From a virus (taxonomy: Duplodnaviria > Caudoviricetes), in the IMG/VR virus record IMGVR_UViG_3300042564_002908, positions 1-24,470 of that record: a stretch of DNA of 24,470 nt; one strand, given 5' to 3'. Position numbers and translations under genes: made by a program. Below are positions 1-6,566 of this stretch, one piece after another. The notes under the pieces are model-generated. The model was not told the DNA's origin. It saw only the letters and a list, made by a program, of their open reading frames with translations, and ran no database searches. Every line of letters begins with the position of its first letter. Positions within the stretch are counted from its first letter, which is position 1.

Positions 1-1
1 C

Positions 2-1174
2 GCCGGGTGGAACGTGCTCGAGCGCCTCATTAGCGCCAAGGCATCCGTGCCCGCGAGCCCGGACGGATGGCGTGGCTGGTGGCTCACCGTCCGCGAGCAG
101 GCCGCCGGCTACCTCGAGCGCGGCCGCCTCGACAACGACGAGCGCGCCGAGGAAGTGGTGCGCGAGCTCACCAACGCCCACGAGCTCCGAGAGCTTCGCC
201 GCGTGTGCGCCGAGGTTGCCGGCCGTGCCGAGGGCATGGCCGAAAACGGCGAGCAGCTCCGCGCCGAGCTCCTCGAGCGTGTGACGCCGCGCGTGGCCGA
301 TGGCGCGCAAGGCCTCATCAGCACGAAGGACGCCGCCAACGAGCTCCTCGAGCGCCTCACGGCTCGCACCGTCGCCGCCACCCCGAGCCCATGGCCGGGA
401 CTCGACGCCTGCGTGCAGCTCAGCCCCGGCAGCCTCACCGTGCTCGCCGCTGCAACCGGCGTCGGTAAGACGGTCCTCGCAATCCAGTACGCGCGAGCGT
501 GCGCCGCCGCCGGCTCTTGGTGCATGTTCGTAGGCCTCGAAATGCCCGCGAGCGCCAACCTCGCCCGCGTGGCGCGGCAGGAGTACGGCTGCGAGCACCG
601 CCCCGAGGTGCTTCCGGCGCAGCTTCAGTCGCAGGCCTACGCCGAGCTCATTCGAGGTATCAGCTCGCTCGTCGGCCAAGGCCTTCGCGTCGAGTGGTCG
701 TGCGATGCCGGGCAGAGCACGGACCACGTTGCCATGAGGGCGAAGGCCTTCAAGGCACGCCTCGAGGAGCGCGGCGAGCGGCTCGGCCTCATTGTCGTGG
801 ACTACCTCGGCATCCTCGACCCGACCGGCGACGATGCGCGACGACGCATGGAAAAGCACGAGCTCCTCGGCGAGTACGCGCGCCGGCTCAAAATCCTCGC
901 GCGCACCATCGGCGCGCCCGTGCTCGCCCTCGCGCAGCTCAATCGCGAGGCCGAAAAGGCCGGGGCCAAGGCTACGCGCGGAATGATCGGCGACAGCTAC
1001 GCGATCCTGCGGCACGCTGACACGGTGCTTCTCTTCTCGCGCCCGCTGCCCGGAGCGGAGCCCGGCCCGCAAGCCGAGCCGGCGCTAAGCATCCAAAAGG
1101 CCCGCGATGGTCGCGCCGCCTTCTTTCGCATGACGTGGGATGCGACCCGCGAAACCTACAGCATGACGCCATGA
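2..1174 (+). CDS. dnaB: DnaB-like replicative helicase (SF4), probably 5'-truncated by the window edge
   Basis: Walker A AAATGVGKT, H1a FVGLEM, Walker B LIVVDYL, H3/H4 LALAQLNRE...ADTVLLFSR, arginine finger IQKARDG. Frame is open back to position 2. Confidence 0.92.
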   Translation, partial: AGWNVLERLISAKASVPASPDGWRGWWLTVREQAAGYLERGRLDNDERAEEVVRELTNAHELRELRRVCAEVAGRAEGMAENGEQLRAELLERVTPRVADGAQGLISTKDAANELLERLTARTVAATPSPWPGLDACVQLSPGSLTVLAAATGVGKTVLAIQYARACAAAGSWCMFVGLEMPASANLARVARQEYGCEHRPEVLPAQLQSQAYAELIRGISSLVGQGLRVEWSCDAGQSTDHVAMRAKAFKARLEERGERLGLIVVDYLGILDPTGDDARRRMEKHELLGEYARRLKILARTIGAPVLALAQLNREAEKAGAKATRGMIGDSYAILRHADTVLLFSRPLPGAEPGPQAEPALSIQKARDGRAAFFRMTWDATRETYSMTP

Positions 1175-1449
1175 TTGACATTCACCCGCACCACCTCGCC
1201 CGCATTGTCCGCCTCGCCGACGCTCGACAGCGCCCGGCTGAGACCATCGTTGCCGCCATGCTCATGGACCTCGGCGCAACGCCAAGCCCCGGCCAGATTG
1301 CCGCGTGGCTCTGGTCCGAGTGCGTCAAGACCGGCATCGAGCGCCCGTCCAACTTCCACGACCGCGCGCAGAGCGTGGCGGCGTGGCAGGCCCTCGAGGC
1401 CGCGTGGCGTGACAGCGAGGCCGCCATCGAAATTGCAGAGCTCGACTAA
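1171..1449 (+). CDS. Small hypothetical protein (92 aa), N-terminus resembles a ribbon-helix-helix DNA-binding domain
   Basis: ATG overlaps the helicase stop (ATGA). MIDIHPHHLARIVRLADARQRPAETIVAAML fits a strand-helix-turn-helix pattern; the fold is an inference. Confidence 0.6.
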   Translation: MIDIHPHHLARIVRLADARQRPAETIVAAMLMDLGATPSPGQIAAWLWSECVKTGIERPSNFHDRAQSVAAWQALEAAWRDSEAAIEIAELD

Positions 1450-1465
1450 CCCAAAGGAAGACACG

Positions 1466-2080
1466 ATGAAGCACGAATCGATCAACGTCCCCGCCTACGC
1501 GCACGAGGTGCCCGGCGGCTACGAGGTACACGTCACCGAGGAGCTCGGCTGGGATCTCGTGGCGCACGTTTACGCGCCCATGGTCCCGAGCCCGCGCCCG
1601 CGCGTCACCGGACGCGGCACGTTCATGCCGACGACCTACCGCCGGCACTCCGCCAAGCTGGCGGCCTCGCTCGCGTACGCACGCGGCATCCTCGAGGCCG
1701 GCCATTTCGGCGAGGCCTCGCCATGGCAGAGCGCCGGGCCGATGCGCCTCGACCTCGCGTTCTGGGCGCCGAAGCAAAGCGGCGACCTCGACAACGCCGC
1801 TAAAACCGTCATGGACGCCGGGCAGCTCCACCGCGGCGAGGCGCCCGGCGCCGAGCTCTGGCGGAACGACTCTCAAATCCGCTCGCTGACGGTGGACTTC
1901 ATCCAGACCGATGAAGCCGAATGGCATCAGCTCGTGATTCGCGTCCGGCGCCTATCCGAGACGGGCAGGGGGTTTCCTCCGCCGTCGTGGGGCCTAGACG
2001 CGCCTAAGCGGAAGAAAACGACCGCAGGTAGCCCGGGCGCAGCAAAGGCCCGTAAAGGTGCCAAGGAGGCGCAGCAATGA
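1466..2080 (+). CDS. rusA: RusA-family Holliday junction resolvase
   Basis: AAGGAAG SD before ATG 1466. Motifs PSPRPR, GDLDNAAKTVMDA (D-x-DN-x2-K-x3-D) and LWRNDSQI. Confidence 0.88.
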   Translation: MKHESINVPAYAHEVPGGYEVHVTEELGWDLVAHVYAPMVPSPRPRVTGRGTFMPTTYRRHSAKLAASLAYARGILEAGHFGEASPWQSAGPMRLDLAFWAPKQSGDLDNAAKTVMDAGQLHRGEAPGAELWRNDSQIRSLTVDFIQTDEAEWHQLVIRVRRLSETGRGFPPPSWGLDAPKRKKTTAGSPGAAKARKGAKEAQQ

Positions 2081-2307
2081 CCATCAAGCGCAGATGCCTC
2101 CGAAAGCGCACGCGCCAGCCCGGCGACAAGCACAACGACTGGACGCTCGTGGAGCTCGTGCAAGACGGGCCAAACAATCTCAGCCGCAAATGGGCGGTGC
2201 GATGCAAGTGCGGGTATGCGTCCACCAAGTGGGAAGCGGACCTGAAGGCAAAGGTCACGGCGTGCGGCGCGTGCCGGCGCAACGAGCAGAAGGGGGCGGA
2301 GCTATGA
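2077..2307 (+). CDS. Small Cys-rich putative Zn-binding protein (76 aa) resembling the N-terminal domain of phage HNH/AP2 endonucleases
   Basis: AGGAGG SD and ATGA overlaps at both ends. Pattern PGDKHNDWTLV...WAVRCKCG...DLK...TACGAC. Confidence 0.7.
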   Translation: MTIKRRCLRKRTRQPGDKHNDWTLVELVQDGPNNLSRKWAVRCKCGYASTKWEADLKAKVTACGACRRNEQKGAEL

Positions 2308-2621
2308 GCGCAACACGCGAAGACTTTGAGGGGCCTGGGCATTTCTGCGGCGGAGCTTGGTGCCGCTTTGCACGTCACACGCACGTCGGTCCTTACTGCG
2401 TGTCAACGGTCGGCGACTACTGGCCGCGCGGAGCCAAGACGCGCCAAGACATCGGATACAAGCGAACGCACGAGACGATGGTTTTTCGCCTTGATGACAA
2501 GGGCGACACGGACGGCATTTCGATCGACTTTGCGCCATACAACGACGACGAAGCCGCATCCTTTGGACACGAGCGCATGGTGCACAAGTGGCTTGGCGTG
2601 GCGCGACGGAGGAAGCCATGA
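2304..2621 (+). CDS. Phage hypothetical protein (105 aa)
   Basis: ATGA overlaps at both ends. The VSTV...ETMVF...Y...A..GHE.MV.KW pattern is recalled from other phage hypothetical proteins. Confidence 0.75.
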   Translation: MSATREDFEGPGHFCGGAWCRFARHTHVGPYCVSTVGDYWPRGAKTRQDIGYKRTHETMVFRLDDKGDTDGISIDFAPYNDDEAASFGHERMVHKWLGVARRRKP

Positions 2622-3034
2622 CCATCGAAGAACTACGAGCCAAGTTGGAAGTGGCCACGCGCGAGCGCGACGAAGCGCGCGGCGACCTTGCCTTCATCCT
2701 CGCCGAGTACGCCAACGAGCGAAACGAGGAACTGACCGAAGACGCGCTGTGCCTCAAGATCGCCGGGCTCACGCACCAGCGCGACGAAGCGCGCGCCGAG
2801 GTGGAGCGGCTCTACAAGGCAAACGCAAAATGGATCGCGGGATGGGTGCGCACCGGAATCGAGCCAAATGACGTCCCTCACCATGAATCCTACCGCCGTG
2901 GGGCGGAAGCGATGCGAGAGGCGTGTGCGACGATGGTGCTCACGAGCATGTCATGGCAGACACGACCCGATGAGCGCACAGCCGATGAGATCGCAGAGAG
3001 CGTCCGCGCCCTGCCGATTCCGGGGGAGCCATGA
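2618..3034 (+). CDS. Coiled-coil modular phage accessory protein (138 aa)
   Basis: GGAGG SD and ATGA overlaps. Contains RDEAR twice, RDEARAEVERL and GAEAMREACA motifs typical of mosaic early-region proteins. Confidence 0.75.
   Translation: MTIEELRAKLEVATRERDEARGDLAFILAEYANERNEELTEDALCLKIAGLTHQRDEARAEVERLYKANAKWIAGWVRTGIEPNDVPHHESYRRGAEAMREACATMVLTSMSWQTRPDERTADEIAESVRALPIPGEP
2664..2795 (+). repeat. 18-bp exact direct repeat AGCGCGACGAAGCGCGCG (2664-2681 and 2778-2795)
   Basis: Read directly; encodes the two RDEAR peptides. Confidence 0.85.
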
Positions 3035-3474
3035 ACCTCGACGAACTCGAGCGCCGCGCGAACGCGGCGACGCCGGGGCCGTGGAGAGACCGACATCAGG
3101 TGTGCTCCGAGGTGTGGGGCCAAGCCCCAGACTCGCAGACGTGCTCGATGCAGATCGCCAGGGTCGGCCACGCTCAATTCGACGTACTCAACGCCGCCTT
3201 CATCGCCGCCGCCCGCACCGACGTGCCCGCGCTCGTCGCGCGCGTGCGCGAGCTGGAGGCGGAGTGCGAGCGCACGCGCATCTTTGGCTCGCGTAAGTTC
3301 GCCGAGCTGCGCGCCGCCGACGTGGAGCAAATGCGCGCCTACGGCCTCAGCTACGAGGGCGTAAGGAAGGCGCTTCGCGAGCACAACGACGGGGAGATCA
3401 GCTTCGGCAAGGTCATGGACCTCATCCGCGCCGCAGCGCGAGCGATGGCGGAGGAGCAGCATGGTCAACCTTGA
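3031..3474 (+). CDS. ead/Ea22-like accessory protein, paralog A (147 aa)
   Basis: LDELERRANAATPGPW ... NAAFIAAARTDVPALVARVRELE signature. GGGGGAG SD and ATGA overlap. Confidence 0.78.
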   Translation: MNLDELERRANAATPGPWRDRHQVCSEVWGQAPDSQTCSMQIARVGHAQFDVLNAAFIAAARTDVPALVARVRELEAECERTRIFGSRKFAELRAADVEQMRAYGLSYEGVRKALREHNDGEISFGKVMDLIRAAARAMAEEQHGQP

Positions 3475-3904
3475 TAGAATCGAGCGCCGCGCCAACGCGG
3501 CTACCAAAGGCCCATGGGGCTTCTCGTGCGGGGACCGCCGCTACATCGCGGACCCATCGACGGACATTGTTGGAGAGGTTGCGCCGTTGTACAGCGGGCA
3601 AACGATTTGCGTCTTCGCAGTTGCCAGCGCAAGCCAGGGAGACGCGGAGTTCATCGCGAGCGCCCGGACGGACGTCCCCGCGCTCATCGCGCGAGTGCGG
3701 GAGCTGGAGGCGCAGCGAGACCACGAGCGCGCATTGCTGGAGTGCGCACCATGGGCCACCTACTCCGAGGGCGAGACGCTCTTGCGCGCGCAGGCCGCAG
3801 AGGCGCAACAGCTCGCGAAGCAAATGATGGACGAGCGCGACAAGCTCCGCTCCGAGTGCACCGCCCTTCGCCGCGAGATCGCCGCGCTCATGGACGACCA
3901 CTAG
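3461..3904 (+). CDS. ead/Ea22-like accessory protein, paralog B (147 aa)
   Basis: LDRIERRANAATKGPW ... DAEFIASARTDVPALIARVRELE. GGAGGAG SD; overlaps paralog A by 14 nt. Confidence 0.78.
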   Translation: MVNLDRIERRANAATKGPWGFSCGDRRYIADPSTDIVGEVAPLYSGQTICVFAVASASQGDAEFIASARTDVPALIARVRELEAQRDHERALLECAPWATYSEGETLLRAQAAEAQQLAKQMMDERDKLRSECTALRREIAALMDDH

Positions 3905-4090
3905 CCTCGCGCGCGCCCGCGATCGCAGATCGATCATCGAAGATCGGTTCGCATGCCGGAGGAAGTGAGAGGGGAGTCTGAGGGGAGAGAGAGGGAACCG
4001 TCAAGCGCAATCGGATCCCCGATTGTGTTGCCGTGGGGATATGCTAACGGAAATCGACAGCCTCGCCAGCACGAGGAGAAAGCCGCCAGC
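3905..4090. promoter_or_regulatory. Only sizeable non-coding gap; candidate late-operon control region
   Basis: Four GATC at 3921-3945, purine tract about 3958-3997, inverted repeat CAATCGG-ATCC-CCGATTG at 4008-4025, TATGCT at 4040-4045 (no well-spaced -35), GAGGAG SD at 4073-4078. Confidence 0.5.
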
Positions 4091-5350
4091 ATGAAGGCCA
4101 AGCCTGAGATCGCAGCCGAATGGATGCCGCTTGACGCACTGAGCCCATGGGTCGAAAACCCAAGGCGGAACGACAAGGCGGTGGCGAAGGTCGCGGAGTC
4201 AATCAAACGATTTGGATTCGCGAGCCCCATCATCGTGCGCGAGGAAGGCATGGAGATCATCGCCGGACACACGCGATGGGCTGCCGCAAAGAAGCTCGGG
4301 CTTGACCGCGTGCCCGTGCGGACGCTGAAGCTGGACCCGGCAGAGGCGAGGCTCTTGGCCCTGGCCGACAACAAGCTCGGCGAGGTTGCAGAATGGGACG
4401 ACGACCAGCTTCGCAAACTCTTGGCCGAGGTGAGCAAGGACGATGCGGAGCTCGCGGGATGGGGCCAAGACGAGCTCGACGCACTGATGGGCGAGGCGTC
4501 CATCGTGGAAGGCCAAACGGATCCAGACGACGTACCGGAAGCCCCGGCGTCGCCGCGCAGCGTGCTCGGCGACGTGTGGCTCTGCGGGAAGCATCGCGTC
4601 GTGTGCGGCGACTCGACCAGCGTGGATGCGGTTGGAGCATTGATGGCGGGAGCGGTGGCGGATCTTGTCTGGACGGACCCGCCGTATGGCGTGTCGTACG
4701 TTGGCGGCGTTTCGCATGATCCGAAGTACCAAAAGAAACGCGAAGCTCAGGGCATGAAGATCGAAAACGATGCGCTGAACGACGACGAGCTGACCGACTT
4801 CTTGCGCGCATCTCTCGGCACGGCCTTCACGCACTGCCGAGACGGCACGGCGTGGTACGTCGCGGCCCCGGCGGGGCCGCTCTTTCACTGCTTCGGCACC
4901 GTGCTTAAGGATCTCGACGTGTGGCGGCATACGCTGAACTGGATCAAGTCCGCGTTCGTGTTCGGCCGATCCGATTACCACTACCAGCACGAGCCGATCT
5001 TTTACGGATGGAAGCCGGGTGCGGCCCATACCTGGGCAGGCGACCGCAAGCAGTCGAGCACGCTCAACTTCGACCGACCGAAGGGATCTGAGAATCCTGG
5101 GCATCCGACCGCAAAGCCCGTCGAGCTTGTCGGATACTGCATCGGCAACAGCTCGAACCGAGGCGACGTGGTGCTTGACCCGTTTGGAGGCAGCGGAACA
5201 ACGCTTATCGCCTGCGAAAAGACAGGCCGCGTCGCTCGCCTGATGGAACTCGACCCGCGCTACGTGGACGTAATCGTCAAGCGGTGGCAGGATTACACGG
5301 GCAAGAAGGCAACTCGCGAGGCCGATGGCGTCGCGTTCGACGAGGCATGA
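4091..5350 (+). CDS. ParB/Srx-domain-fused N6-adenine/N4-cytosine DNA methyltransferase (beta class)
   Basis: N-terminal ENPRRND..VAESIKRFGF.SPIIV..IIAGHTRW (ParB-like). Catalytic TDPPYG precedes HPTAKP and SAM-binding VLDPFGGSGTT. Start moved from 3953 to ATG 4091 because of the GAGGAG SD. Confidence 0.93.
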   Translation: MKAKPEIAAEWMPLDALSPWVENPRRNDKAVAKVAESIKRFGFASPIIVREEGMEIIAGHTRWAAAKKLGLDRVPVRTLKLDPAEARLLALADNKLGEVAEWDDDQLRKLLAEVSKDDAELAGWGQDELDALMGEASIVEGQTDPDDVPEAPASPRSVLGDVWLCGKHRVVCGDSTSVDAVGALMAGAVADLVWTDPPYGVSYVGGVSHDPKYQKKREAQGMKIENDALNDDELTDFLRASLGTAFTHCRDGTAWYVAAPAGPLFHCFGTVLKDLDVWRHTLNWIKSAFVFGRSDYHYQHEPIFYGWKPGAAHTWAGDRKQSSTLNFDRPKGSENPGHPTAKPVELVGYCIGNSSNRGDVVLDPFGGSGTTLIACEKTGRVARLMELDPRYVDVIVKRWQDYTGKKATREADGVAFDEA

Positions 5351-5814
5351 TGGGAAAGCCATTGACGTTGACCCCAGACAAGCAGGAGAAGATTTTGCAA
5401 GCCATTCGCGCAGGGAACTACCGTAGCGCGGCATCGAAGTTTGCCGGCGTGGATTGGGGCTGCATGCGCAACTGGATTCGCAAGGGAAACAAGGGCGAAG
5501 AACCTTACGCTGCGTTTGTTGCCGCGGTGAAAGAGGCCGAAGGCCAGGCGGAAGCCTCACTTGTGGCGAGCATCAAAAAGGCTTCGCAGGAACATTGGAC
5601 CGCAGCGGCGTGGCTCCTCGAGCGCAAGCACGCGCCGAAGTGGGGCCGTCGAGACATGTCATGGGAAAATATGAAGCGGGAGAAGCGCGAGGCGCAGCAG
5701 GCGCAGCTCGCGGAGATTCCGCTCGAGGAGCTCGAGCGTATGGTCGTGGCCGAGAAGGCGCGGCGAGCTCGAGAGGCCGCGGCGAAGGCCTCGGACGTGG
5801 GCGCGCTCCAGTGA
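5347..5814 (+). CDS. terS: Putative terminase small subunit
   Basis: N-terminal HTH-like ILQAIRAGNYRSAASKFAGV...RNW, helical middle, WTAAAWLLERKHAPKWGRRD motif. ATGA-coupled to the MTase and upstream of TerL. Confidence 0.72.
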   Translation: MMGKPLTLTPDKQEKILQAIRAGNYRSAASKFAGVDWGCMRNWIRKGNKGEEPYAAFVAAVKEAEGQAEASLVASIKKASQEHWTAAAWLLERKHAPKWGRRDMSWENMKREKREAQQAQLAEIPLEELERMVVAEKARRAREAAAKASDVGALQ

Positions 5815-5942
5815 CGCGGCTCGCGATTGTCGCCGGCGTGCACGTGCTTGGGTTCGCCGCGCTTGGCGTCGGCGTGGACCGTGGCCGCGTGGCGCACGTG
5901 CTCGTCGTGGCGCTGACGCTCGCACACTTGGCGGACGCATGA
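5811..5942 (+). CDS. 43-aa hydrophobic peptide (below the ORF-track cutoff)
   Basis: GTG overlaps the terS stop (GTGA) and its TGA overlaps the next ATG, filling the gap exactly. Sequence MTRLAIVAGVHVLGFAALGVGVDRGRVAHVLVVALTLAHLADA. Confidence 0.62.
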   Translation: MTRLAIVAGVHVLGFAALGVGVDRGRVAHVLVVALTLAHLADA

Positions 5943-6340
5943 TCGCGACGCGCGCAGCCCGCCCGACCGATGCGGCCTACATCGCCGCCACCGCGCTGCA
6001 TCAAGTGCACCGGTTTGTGCGGCACGTGACCCGCGAGGAGCTCGAGCTCGTCGTGCGGGCCATGCTGAACGAGAGCGCGATCGTGGTCGCGTGCTCCGAG
6101 ACCGACGATGACACGCTCTTTGGTTGGTGCGCCGCAGTGGGCGGCGTGCCGTGGTTCTGTTTCGTGGCCCGCGAGCTCCGCGGGCACGGTATCGGCGCAC
6201 GCTTGCGCCTCGAGGTGACACGTGGACGAGGTATTGATCCGGCTAGTGAGCGGCCTTCACATCGACAACCGGATGCAGGAGACGATCCGCTTGCCGTCGT
6301 CGCGGCTCGACTTGGGTTCGTTCGGGGCGTACATTCGTGA
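5939..6340 (+). CDS. GNAT-like N-acetyltransferase
   Basis: N-terminal RAARPTD, strands IVVAC..TLFGW, acetyl-CoA-binding motif A FVARELRGHGIGARL. The last ~40 aa overlap another ORF. Confidence 0.72.
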   Translation: MIATRAARPTDAAYIAATALHQVHRFVRHVTREELELVVRAMLNESAIVVACSETDDDTLFGWCAAVGGVPWFCFVARELRGHGIGARLRLEVTRGRGIDPASERPSHRQPDAGDDPLAVVAARLGFVRGVHS

Positions 6341-6566
6341 CGTGGGCAGCGACGCGGGCACGCTCATCCCGTGGGCGCGAATCGAGCACATCCGGCTCGC
6401 CGCTCCTCCAGGCCTACTGGTCGCACCAGAGACGGGAAGTGCTCGGCAGCCTCGAGAGCCTTCTGACGCACCGCCTGGGGTTCGCGCTGACGACGGCAAC
6501 GCCGCTGCAACGACAGCTCGCGCGCCTCGTGGACGGCGATCCAACGCTCGACCCGTCGAATCCTGA
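6222..6566 (+). CDS. Hypothetical protein overlapping both the GNAT end and the TerL start
   Basis: SD GAGGTGA at 6212-6218 before GTG 6222. First ~60 codons have mostly G/C third positions and end in TLIPWARIEHIRL. Confidence 0.6.
   Translation: MDEVLIRLVSGLHIDNRMQETIRLPSSRLDLGSFGAYIRDVGSDAGTLIPWARIEHIRLAAPPGLLVAPETGSARQPREPSDAPPGVRADDGNAAATTARAPRGRRSNARPVES

Noticed and set aside
265-360. Repeated GAGCTCCTCGAGCG (ELLER) in the helicase N-terminus, and window-wide abundance of CTCGAG/GAGCTC
   Set aside because: Explained by preferred Leu (CTC) and Glu (GAG) codons in helical proteins; not regularly spaced, so not iterons or CRISPR repeats.
1174-1210. TTGACA at 1175-1180 as a sigma70 -35 box
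   Set aside because: No -10 element at the proper spacing; it falls in the first codons (ATT GAC ATT) of a coupled gene.
3031-3904. Paralog pair as a DGR template/variable repeat
   Set aside because: Differences are not adenine-specific, both copies are intact genes, and no reverse transcriptase is in the window.
3953-4090. Upstream in-frame extension of the MTase ORF (likewise extensions at 1175, 2058, 5284, 7667, 10803, 12107)
   Set aside because: Downstream ATGs have SD sequences or stop-start overlaps; the extensions overlap other genes or look non-coding.
4199-5560. 453-aa minus-strand ORF opposite the methyltransferase
   Set aside because: Antisense shadow of a gene with clear motifs; no recognisable motifs or SD; long shadow ORFs are expected in GC-rich DNA.
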